From a virus, in IMG/VR virus record IMGVR_UViG_2930936637_000001, positions 1,735-65,734 of that record: 64,000 nt of DNA, one strand, 5' to 3'. The translations under genes were made by a program, and so were the position numbers. Shown in pieces: positions 26,421 to 34,302 of the stretch. Positions within the stretch are counted from its first letter, which is position 1. The number at the start of each line of letters is the position of its first letter. The notes below the pieces were generated by a model that worked only from the letters and a program-made list of their open reading frames with translations, did not search any database and had not been told where the DNA came from.

Positions 26421-27371
26421 TTAAATAGGTGCTGGTTCTTCTACATGTTCTCGTTTCTTACATCGGCAATTTGGATGCCATGGTAAATCTGGACACTCAC
26501 TAAGCGAAAATGGTCCTTGAGCTGCCAGTTTGCGGCATTTTTCGCAGGCGTCCGGCTCTGTCACAGTATCAATGCGTTTTACGCGTCGGTTTTTAAACGA
26601 ATCCATGGTAGCCTTGTCAACTACTCGTGCCGATTCAGTCCGAATAAGGCGGTCGACCATCCACATTTCAGTCTCACCAGCTGCAACAAGATTCCCACGT
26701 ACCACTTGTCCTGGGGCTAACCGTGCCAGTAGACTGTTGAGTTGTTCTTGTTGTAGTCCACCATTAAGTGAATTCCGTACTGTCTTTTGCACATCAGCCA
26801 CCATGTTATCCGAGTGGTTCCACAAAGTAGCTGACCAGTCAGAACCATCTATGGCATGGCTAATAGCTGGCTTAATTTGAACACCCTGTACGTGTGGCAA
26901 CTGCCACTCTTCATGTTTGGAAGCAATAATCTGTTGATATTGCTGCTCCGACACATAGTCATCGGCAAGATGTTGCCGACTAGATCGTTGAACCTTATCA
27001 GTGGTCACTGCAATGGTTGCTCCAATAACAGCAGCCACCGCATCAGCATGGTTGCCACCCGCGGCTTGGTACTTTGTCAACTTAAGCCGCTTCTTCAAGT
27101 CATCACTAGTCTGATCGCCATTCGTCAGCAGGTCGATAGCGTGTATGAACTGGTCTAAGTCCCAGTGAGTGACCTGTTCGCGAACCACATCAGCAGTTAG
27201 CCCCTTGCTTGAAGCATAACGTGCATAAAAGGCTCTGATGTTATCTGCAATGAGTTTTAGCGCTTGGTAGTATAAGTTATCGGTCTGGCCTTTAAACCTT
27301 TTGTCCGAGCTTAGGAGTTGGCTTATTCGCTGTTTCTCCTGTTGGTCGGTCACTGTCGTCTTCGCCATCAC
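26421..27371 (-). CDS. Minor capsid protein (MuF / SPP1 gp7-like)
   Basis: RLIRTE, CEKC, PWHPNCRC motifs. Confidence 0.9.
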   Translation of the reverse strand: MMAKTTVTDQQEKQRISQLLSSDKRFKGQTDNLYYQALKLIADNIRAFYARYASSKGLTADVVREQVTHWDLDQFIHAIDLLTNGDQTSDDLKKRLKLTKYQAAGGNHADAVAAVIGATIAVTTDKVQRSSRQHLADDYVSEQQYQQIIASKHEEWQLPHVQGVQIKPAISHAIDGSDWSATLWNHSDNMVADVQKTVRNSLNGGLQQEQLNSLLARLAPGQVVRGNLVAAGETEMWMVDRLIRTESARVVDKATMDSFKNRRVKRIDTVTEPDACEKCRKLAAQGPFSLSECPDLPWHPNCRCKKREHVEEPAPI

Positions 27372-29016
27372 TTACACCACCTTGAGCCTTATCCTGGTCG
27401 GAGCCATCAATCTTATCCATGTAATCTAATCCATCCTGTTTGTCCTGGGCCTTCTGATCTTTCATGCGCTTCTCTTCACCATCAGGTTTGACCCCAGTAG
27501 CCGATTCAACCGCTTCCCAGAACGTCTGGTTAGAGATAGCACCGGTCTTTAGCAATAAGGCCGCGTTCGTAATGACTTCGTTATCGTTCTTCGGCAGATT
27601 AGGCGTATAGCTAGGATTCACGTGCTCAGCCTCGGCTGTGGACTTGATAAGTGACGTCTTAGTCCAATAGGTAGCCAGCAAACGGATTCGACGCTTAATT
27701 CCCCGTGTATATAAGGATTGCTGTGTTGCCCGTTCTTGATCAGAACCCCACAGTTTGTAAGACATAGCTACCCCTGATGCATTAGCAGCAAAGTTCTGGT
27801 CTGTGACGTCAGGAGTGTTGGTATCTTTATGGATATCAGCAAGCAAGCGTTCATTGTACGTCTTCCACCCCTCTGCACCAAGTTCCTTGGTCAAATATTC
27901 GGCCGTAGTAGGCACGATGGTTGGGCTCCCATTCGAATTATCAATAATAGATGGTTTAATAAACAAGATTCGGTTCTCCGGATTAATACTGTCGACTTTA
28001 TAAATCGGATTTCCTTGACTATCAGTGACTTGCTCACCAGCAGTGTCTGTCAGTGGAATTGCATTATCAAGATCATCTTCGTCATCAACATCCCCACTAA
28101 TCATCAGAATGGCGTTGTTGAAGTCTTCTTGTGAGTTGGCCATCTCGGAAATAGACTTGTCGTAAGCGTCAATCTCGTCCAGCTTTGGCTCCCAGGCACC
28201 AAGGCGCTCGTCGTTGAGCTTGTACTCGGTAATTGGAACCGTGCCGAAGAAATGTGATGACTGCCCGGTCAAAGTGTACTCACCGTTTGGACTATCCGTA
28301 CTGGTGAAATAGTAGACCATGCTATCCGTATAGACTTCGACGTAGTAGGTCGTAGTTTCCATAAACTTGACCATGTAGTACCGAACCGCAAATAACGAGT
28401 TTAGATCAATCGTCGTGTCGTAGACCACAAAACAGTGAGCTGGATCAATAGCACGTAAGGCTAAGTCGTTAGTTCCCTGTTTGACGTAAGTCAATTCGTA
28501 CGCTCGGCCTGTGTTGTTAAGGTTCTTGCTCATCACTTTCTCGTGATAAGGCTCATCTACCGCGTCATTGAATGCCGCAATGGCGTTTACAATGTCTTCT
28601 CCGCTGTCGTCAGGCTTGTCGGGGTCACTGTAAGCAAACTTTAGTGGGTTACCAAACTGGTAGCCTACTTTTTGGTCCGTAATGTACCGTGGCAGTCCAG
28701 ATGTGATACGATTATCGGCTCGGTCAGGAGCCTTGTCCGATCGCCAGAAGTGAATGTCGTTTTCGGCCTGGTAATAGCGTTCGAGGGTCAGCAAGCGTGG
28801 AAGCTGGTTGGTGTAATGGTCGTTAACGAACCAGGAAAGAATCGGCTTGATAGCGTCTGGGTTAGCTTTGATGGCATTCCATTCATCAGCTGGCATTTGA
28901 TAATCTTGGTTGGCATCGAATCCAAAACGTGAGCCACCACGAAGCATATAGATACTCTTACGATCAGGCCACGGCAAAGACATGCCATGGGCTTGTGGAT
29001 CATTCGTTTCCGCCAT
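27292..29016 (-). CDS. Portal protein, SPP1 type
   Basis: LERYYQAENDI, GRAYE, NASGVAMSYKL motifs. Confidence 0.93.
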   Translation of the reverse strand: MAETNDPQAHGMSLPWPDRKSIYMLRGGSRFGFDANQDYQMPADEWNAIKANPDAIKPILSWFVNDHYTNQLPRLLTLERYYQAENDIHFWRSDKAPDRADNRITSGLPRYITDQKVGYQFGNPLKFAYSDPDKPDDSGEDIVNAIAAFNDAVDEPYHEKVMSKNLNNTGRAYELTYVKQGTNDLALRAIDPAHCFVVYDTTIDLNSLFAVRYYMVKFMETTTYYVEVYTDSMVYYFTSTDSPNGEYTLTGQSSHFFGTVPITEYKLNDERLGAWEPKLDEIDAYDKSISEMANSQEDFNNAILMISGDVDDEDDLDNAIPLTDTAGEQVTDSQGNPIYKVDSINPENRILFIKPSIIDNSNGSPTIVPTTAEYLTKELGAEGWKTYNERLLADIHKDTNTPDVTDQNFAANASGVAMSYKLWGSDQERATQQSLYTRGIKRRIRLLATYWTKTSLIKSTAEAEHVNPSYTPNLPKNDNEVITNAALLLKTGAISNQTFWEAVESATGVKPDGEEKRMKDQKAQDKQDGLDYMDKIDGSDQDKAQGGVSDGEDDSDRPTGETANKPTPKLGQKV

Positions 29017-29269
29017 CTAGTTCATCCCTTTTCCCATCAGTTCCGGCTAACATTTCGTTAACTACTCGTTCTCGTTTCTCAGCTCGTTTGTCTTCTAAAT
29101 CAACATCTTCATTAAGGAATCGCTTCATTGCTTCACCCAACAGGATTGTTGTGGCACTATCCGGATAGTTGCGTCCTTGCTCGTTATCTTTAATGGCCGC
29201 TAGTAGCTCGTGCTTACTCATTGAAGCAATGCTTACGCCCTTCCACTCAAATACAGGCACATCAGCCAT
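29000..29269 (-). CDS. Hypothetical protein
   Basis: Coupled ORF between terminase and portal. Confidence 0.6.
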   Translation of the reverse strand: MADVPVFEWKGVSIASMSKHELLAAIKDNEQGRNYPDSATTILLGEAMKRFLNEDVDLEDKRAEKRERVVNEMLAGTDGKRDELDGGNE

Positions 29270-29562
29270 TAGATCAACCCCAGTTTCGATTTAAGTGTTC
29301 CATCTGGCCCCGTCTTGATTAACTCATCAATGGTGCGTGGCCCTTTCTTTGTGTCGAATTCAATATTACCGATATCGCGATTAGGGTGTGTGCTAATCAG
29401 CACCTGCCACACTATGTCGGCCTTCTTACCAGATAGCTTTAGCACAAACGCTTCACCAATTTCACGGTCAACAATAGTAATCTGACCACCATCGCGACCT
29501 AACGCGTATCGGCCCAGTGCATTGGCAACCATCGCGCTAACGTGGCCCATTTTCTTCGTCAT
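29269..29562 (-). CDS. Hypothetical protein
   Basis: Overlaps terminase stop; coupled ORF. Confidence 0.6.
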   Translation of the reverse strand: MTKKMGHVSAMVANALGRYALGRDGGQITIVDREIGEAFVLKLSGKKADIVWQVLISTHPNRDIGNIEFDTKKGPRTIDELIKTGPDGTLKSKLGLI

Positions 29563-30848
29563 ACTAACCCCATCTTTCTTAGTGTATTGGCTTGCTTGCG
29601 ACGGCTGGGACGCTTACGAGCCGGAATAATGTATCGCTCTAATGCGTACCGCAACGCGTCGATAAAATGGTTATTGGCATCAACAGGCTGATTGAGCCAA
29701 TTGCCATTCTTGTCCTGGTCAAAAACGTAGGTGTTGAACTCCTGGATGGCATGAATGCAGCTAGGTAGGATGTGAATCTTGAAGCCTTGTAGGAACTCAA
29801 CGCCAGCAAGCACTGAGTCTCGCCCCTTTTGGCTTGCATGAATTCTGCGAACTCCCTTGGCCCTAAGCTCCGCAATCAGGCGAGCTTCGGCGCAGTCAGC
29901 AGATATATCAGAATTCGTATAGCCGTGTTGCTCTACCCACTTCACAATATCGTCCGTTAGCATGCCCTTCTTATACATCTCGCCAAAAACATAGATATCC
30001 TTGGTTTTGAGATTGATAGCCGCCTCGGCAAACGTACTGGGGTCATGGGTATACCCAAAGTCCATACCATGACCAACGCCCGTGGCTTCCTTGACTACCT
30101 TGGCCACATCAAAGTCCTCAACTACGAAGTTTTCGAAGACCAAGCCTTCTGCCACACCCCAATCGCCATCGCAAACAATCTTTGCACGGCGTGGGTTGGT
30201 GCGGTATAGGTCCAAGTAACGCTTACGGTCATCATCACCAAGCCATTCGTTGCATCTAAAGGTGGTCGTCTGGGCGAACACGTCTTTATACCGCGTCTTT
30301 TTGTCCCAGAACTTCTTCTTAAGCCAGGATTGCTCCGACCATGGATTGAAGGTCAGCGTTACCTGTTTAAAGAAGTTGGGATCCGGATTAGTGCCACGAA
30401 TCGATTCCATCACAGTGTCAAACTTTGAAGCATTCTCAATTTCGAATGCTTCTTCAATCCAGACGAAACTCAAGTTCCCAGTTGGCACTGAGATGGACGT
30501 AATCTTCAACGGATCGTCTAACCCACGGAACAGAATTTTTTGCCCGGTTGGCATGTAAGTGATTTCCGGCAAGCCAGAATTGCATTTAAAAAGACCATCA
30601 GCGTGAAGCTTGCTGATAGCCCAACATAGGTCTGAATAAGTTGATTGTCGATTGGTGTTTGAGTACCGACGAATGACCAGCAGGTTGGCCCACGGATACT
30701 GCATAATACGGCTGATAAAGTTGAGTGCGGTCGTCTTAGACTTTTTTGATCCACGACTTCCTTTTACCACCCGGTAGAAATGCCTGTCGTTCCAGAAATG
30801 GCCATAACCATTGCCCACCAGCTCTTTAGCTGTCGGTGTTTGACTCAT
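29559..30848 (-). CDS. terL: Terminase large subunit, PBSX family (429 aa)
   Basis: ATG 30848; KGSRGSKKS Walker A, WIEEA Walker B, DFGY, NHFIDALRYA. Confidence 0.95.
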   Translation of the reverse strand: MSQTPTAKELVGNGYGHFWNDRHFYRVVKGSRGSKKSKTTALNFISRIMQYPWANLLVIRRYSNTNRQSTYSDLCWAISKLHADGLFKCNSGLPEITYMPTGQKILFRGLDDPLKITSISVPTGNLSFVWIEEAFEIENASKFDTVMESIRGTNPDPNFFKQVTLTFNPWSEQSWLKKKFWDKKTRYKDVFAQTTTFRCNEWLGDDDRKRYLDLYRTNPRRAKIVCDGDWGVAEGLVFENFVVEDFDVAKVVKEATGVGHGMDFGYTHDPSTFAEAAINLKTKDIYVFGEMYKKGMLTDDIVKWVEQHGYTNSDISADCAEARLIAELRAKGVRRIHASQKGRDSVLAGVEFLQGFKIHILPSCIHAIQEFNTYVFDQDKNGNWLNQPVDANNHFIDALRYALERYIIPARKRPSRRKQANTLRKMGLV

Positions 30849-31329
30849 CGTCGTCCACCTCAATCTTCTCATCATCACTGGTATCAACCGATGCGATGAT
30901 AATTGGCTGAGTGTTTGTGATTTCGTGACGGTCGATAAACATGCCGGTCGCCTTGGCCAGGAGTTCGGAGTTCTTAAGTTTGTCCTTCTCGGATAGCTCA
31001 TTATCAACTACTTCGGCACCGTCCGGTGTGGAAACAACAACCTGTTCGTGCCGCTCGCCACGCAATCCCGCTGACCAAAACTTTAAGACTTCCTTTTGGT
31101 CAGCAATTTTGGCGTCTTCCAGCTCCTTCTGGCGCTCCTTAATGTACTTCTGAACGTTTACTTTTGTTAATAGCTGGGAAGCCTTAGAGCGAGCCGTAGC
31201 GGGTGCGTATCCGGCCTTAATGGCTGCTTGGGTGGCATTCTGAGGGTTCACGATATACTCGTCGGCAAAAGCCTGCTGCATATCGGTGATGCCATATTCG
31301 TTCACTTTTGTTGACGCCATATCGTTCAC
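30826..31329 (-). CDS. terS: Terminase small subunit
   Basis: QQAFADEYI, NATQAAIKAGY, SQLLTKVNV motifs. Confidence 0.93.
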   Translation of the reverse strand: MNDMASTKVNEYGITDMQQAFADEYIVNPQNATQAAIKAGYAPATARSKASQLLTKVNVQKYIKERQKELEDAKIADQKEVLKFWSAGLRGERHEQVVVSTPDGAEVVDNELSEKDKLKNSELLAKATGMFIDRHEITNTQPIIIASVDTSDDEKIEVDDDESNTDS

Positions 31330-31332
31330 CTC

Positions 31333-31716
31333 CTAGTTCATAAATACACAGCCTATCGTAAACTGACCCATTGGGAATCCCTTACCGTACACAACGTTCG
31401 GACCGTACTTGATATATCCCGAATGGCTCTCGTACAAGTTTCCAGTGTTGTCATCCTTAATAGCCAAGTGAATTGGTTTCTCTTGCCGGACTAAGCTCTT
31501 TAGCAGCTCATCCGAAGGCATGCCCAGTGGGACCATAATCTGAACTAGCTTGTCCACGTAGCTTGATCCAGAATCAACGACTTTAACAGCTACATCACTG
31601 TCGAGGCCGTTTAGCTCTTCATTGTTAACAATTACGTGAAAGTATTTAGGATTAAAGAGGCTCATGAATGTTCCATCGCTGATTCGGATTGAGTGCTTAT
31701 TTTCTTTATCAGTCAT
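31333..31716 (-). CDS. Tail-tube-like paralogue with internal deletion (127 aa)
   Basis: ATG 31716 after GGAGG; aligns by eye along its length with tube protein 20893..21369. Confidence 0.6.
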   Translation of the reverse strand: MTDKENKHSIRISDGTFMSLFNPKYFHVIVNNEELNGLDSDVAVKVVDSGSSYVDKLVQIMVPLGMPSDELLKSLVRQEKPIHLAIKDDNTGNLYESHSGYIKYGPNVVYGKGFPMGQFTIGCVFMN

Positions 31717-31990
31717 GATCAATGACCTCCTGTGCTTGCTTGTGGTTTCCCCACGTCATGGCACCTTCGTAGTAGACTTTGCCATTGATATCAGCAAAAT
31801 GAGCTTCTTCTTTGCTATAGCTTTCGGTGAAGATATAGTCCTTGTTGACAATCATGCCATCACTGGAACCAGCTTCGGGCTTAAGTGGGATATAAGCAAT
31901 CAGCTCCCCGTTAGGTTGACTGACGGTAATGTAATTTGGCAGATCGTCCCATAACTTAGTTTTTTCCTTATCGCTTAATTGCTTTTTCAT
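31709..31990 (-). CDS. Hypothetical protein
   Basis: Coupled ORF with RBS. Confidence 0.65.
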   Translation of the reverse strand: MKKQLSDKEKTKLWDDLPNYITVSQPNGELIAYIPLKPEAGSSDGMIVNKDYIFTESYSKEEAHFADINGKVYYEGAMTWGNHKQAQEVIDHD

Positions 31991-32250
31991 TTAACTACCT
32001 CCCAGTCATCAGCCAACATATCTGTTTGACTAGCAAGCCACGGCACACGATCCAATGGCGCTGAATCATTTGTAGTTTTCAATCCGGTGGTATCAATGTA
32101 GATGTAGTCGTGTGTCATGCACTTATGCCCGCTACAGTCCTCAAAAGAGTTCCCTGGCATCAAGGCAATGAAAATGCCCTTACCGTTCCACCCTTTGCGT
32201 GCCAACTGTTTGCCTGCTTTTAATGTTTTGATTGCTTCTCCGAAATCCAT
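31987..32250 (-). CDS. tad2: DUF2829 / Tad2-family (Thoeris anti-defence 2-like) protein
   Basis: MDFGEAI, ARKGWNGKG, PWLASQTDMLADDW family motifs. Confidence 0.82.
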   Translation of the reverse strand: MDFGEAIKTLKAGKQLARKGWNGKGIFIALMPGNSFEDCSGHKCMTHDYIYIDTTGLKTTNDSAPLDRVPWLASQTDMLADDWEVVK

Positions 32251-32252
32251 GA

Positions 32253-32549
32253 TTAATCCACCCTTTCTGCAATGTACGAGATATTCTGAAACTTCTTATA
32301 AGCATCGAAGTAAATCTTTCCCTTATCACCGTCCAACGTAGCTTCGTAGTACATACCATCGCTTACGGTAGTGCTCAACAGTGCCTTAGAGTTCTGCAAT
32401 GTTTTTGCCATCCAGACGACGTAAACATCTTTTGGGGAAATACGTGGATCAGATAATGGATTGTTAGTAAGATCAGTCTTGTCCATGTGATCGTTAGTGT
32501 AATCAGCTACCAGTTGTTTTGCTTTATTAATGAATTCTTGATTTGTCAT
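32253..32549 (-). CDS. Conserved phage protein (DUF6275-like)
   Basis: VYVVW-AKTLQN-KALLST...DGMYYE...GDK..YFDAYKK. Confidence 0.7.
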   Translation of the reverse strand: MTNQEFINKAKQLVADYTNDHMDKTDLTNNPLSDPRISPKDVYVVWMAKTLQNSKALLSTTVSDGMYYEATLDGDKGKIYFDAYKKFQNISYIAERVD

Positions 32550-32739
32550 TTTTATGCTTCCCTTCAGTAATCTCTTCTACAGAAAAAGCACCACTCTTTT
32601 GCGAGTGATGCTTTGCATACTGCTCTCTGACCCATGGGTCTAAATCGCGTTCAATTTTATGGCCCGTTTTAGACGCATATGATCCGTTTTGCCAATACAT
32701 GGGTGTTTGTTTGCGTTTTACCATAAGCAGGCCAACCAC
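32527..32739 (-). CDS. Hypothetical protein
   Basis: Coupled ORF. Confidence 0.5.
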   Translation of the reverse strand: MVGLLMVKRKQTPMYWQNGSYASKTGHKIERDLDPWVREQYAKHHSQKSGAFSVEEITEGKHKNDKSRIH

Positions 32740-32823
32740 CCTATCAGGATACCCACAGCAAGCGCCGTAAGTCCCATTATCATATTCTTAACACTTCGTC
32801 GCCACATCGGGCATCCCTCCTTA

Positions 32824-33105
32824 CTAGCTTGCTACAAGTCTCTCGTAAGATTTAATCATCGTATCAACGTAATCTGGGTTATAGTCGTATTCCATAGCTA
32901 ATTTCTTAACATCTTGCTTTGATTTAACGATCCCCATCACAAAATCATTATCACCACACATTTCACAGCATTCTTCAATGTCTTCAACCTGATTATCATC
33001 ATTTTTATTCACTTCAACAAAATAAGAATCACCAATGTGGGCGTCTACTAAGTAAAATTCCTTTGGTTGTTTAATATGTGCATTCATTGATCCCATGCTG
33101 GCCAC
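32824..33105 (-). CDS. Hypothetical protein with CCEMCGD Cys cluster
   Basis: GTG after GGAGG; acidic. Confidence 0.6.
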   Translation of the reverse strand: MASMGSMNAHIKQPKEFYLVDAHIGDSYFVEVNKNDDNQVEDIEECCEMCGDNDFVMGIVKSKQDVKKLAMEYDYNPDYVDTMIKSYERLVAS

Positions 33106-33160
33106 CTCCTACTGTAATAGTGATATAATTTAGTTGTATAAATTATTAATAAAGGGGCAA

Positions 33161-33613
33161 ATGGTTATGTATAAAAATATCCTTGTACCTGTAGATGGTT
33201 CAGAAAACTCTCAACGTGCTTTAAAACATGCAATTGAATTGGCAAAGTTAAGCGGTAGTAAACTCATCCTAGCGCATGTTATCGACATGAATGGTGTCTT
33301 CAACTATCCACAAGCTACCACATCTAGTGCAGTTAAAGATCTGGTTTCTAACTTTCAAAAACAAAGTAGCATTATTTTAAATCACGCCAAGAATCAAGCA
33401 ATGGATCTAGGCATTGATGCAACGACCATTCAAGCTTCGGGATCTGTTAAGGAACAAATTGCTACAACGATTCCTAACGAATATGATATTGATTTAATTG
33501 TCATTGGTAAAACAGGACGCGATGCTCTTTCACGTCTAGTCTTAGGTTCTACAACTGCCTATGTTGTACGTAAGGCTAAAGCCAACGTGACTGTCGTAAA
33601 CATGGATGATTAG
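33161..33613 (+). CDS. uspA: Universal stress protein (moron, opposite strand)
   Basis: YKNILVPVDGSENS, DLIVIG, LVLGSTTAYVV; TGnTATAAT at 33121-33129. Confidence 0.9.
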   Translation: MVMYKNILVPVDGSENSQRALKHAIELAKLSGSKLILAHVIDMNGVFNYPQATTSSAVKDLVSNFQKQSSIILNHAKNQAMDLGIDATTIQASGSVKEQIATTIPNEYDIDLIVIGKTGRDALSRLVLGSTTAYVVRKAKANVTVVNMDD

Positions 33614-33619
33614 GTACCC

Positions 33620-33649
33620 AAAGACTGGCTTTGGCTGGTCTTTTATTTT
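33620..33649 (+). terminator. Terminator after uspA
   Basis: AAGACTGGC / GCTGGTCTT stem plus T tract. Confidence 0.65.
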
Positions 33650-33693
33650 GAACAAAATAAAAGCGCCATGCTTTTAGCACGACGCTCACGTGT

Positions 33694-34302
33694 CTACATC
33701 TCTTTTATTACGTTACTAACAATAACCCCAATATTTGTTGACTGACATGCACAATTAATTGAACTGATTTCTTCAGTGTTTTTAATTGCCTCAAAGACTT
33801 TATCATCATCTAATATTTTTTCTATCTGCGAACTATTTCCTTTAATGTATTCATCTTCTAAATAATATCCGAGTTTTTGGTTTAGCCACTTTGTACTTTT
33901 GATACCCGGTGTCATCTTCTGGTAGTGAGCGAGCAACCACACCTCAAAGCAAATGTTAGATACCACTAGGTCACAACTCTCTACTTTCTTTACTTTCTGT
34001 GCTTTACTAAAGAGCTCATTAATATTGTTTTTTCCCTCTGAGTCTATATCAGAAAGATTACTGTCATTATCAAAGATAACGAAAACTTTTGTTTTATTAT
34101 CCGTCTTCAATTTGGGATCATTTAATTTACTTTTTGCTTTATCCACAAAATCATGGCCTGTACCGTCTAAAATTTTTATCACTTTAGAAGCTGTCAGCTT
34201 ATACTTTTGAGCTAACATTTCAAAAAACACTTTTTCTGATTTTCCTTCAACCAAAAAAATAATTTTAGGTTTAAGCTTTCTTTCCTTTCTTGCCCTACTC
34301 AT
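33694..34302 (-). CDS. RloB-like TOPRIM protein (AbiLii-like)
   Basis: FLVEGKSE, FVIFDND, SNICFEVWLLAHY. Confidence 0.88.
   Translation of the reverse strand: MSRARKERKLKPKIIFLVEGKSEKVFFEMLAQKYKLTASKVIKILDGTGHDFVDKAKSKLNDPKLKTDNKTKVFVIFDNDSNLSDIDSEGKNNINELFSKAQKVKKVESCDLVVSNICFEVWLLAHYQKMTPGIKSTKWLNQKLGYYLEDEYIKGNSSQIEKILDDDKVFEAIKNTEEISSINCACQSTNIGVIVSNVIKEM

Noticed and set aside
29269-29562. Prp (ribosomal-processing cysteine protease) homologue
   Set aside because: Faint resemblance (VSAM..NAL, DGG) but no catalytic Cys or GHA motif.
5450-30558. Many plus-strand ORFs of 60-135 aa over the structural genes (e.g. 9087..9401, 20491..20850, 25155..25559)
   Set aside because: Antisense shadows of well-supported minus-strand genes, without RBS or recognisable motifs.
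32253-32549. Tad1 assignment
   Set aside because: The sequence does not match the Tad1 motifs as I recall them; left as DUF6275-like.
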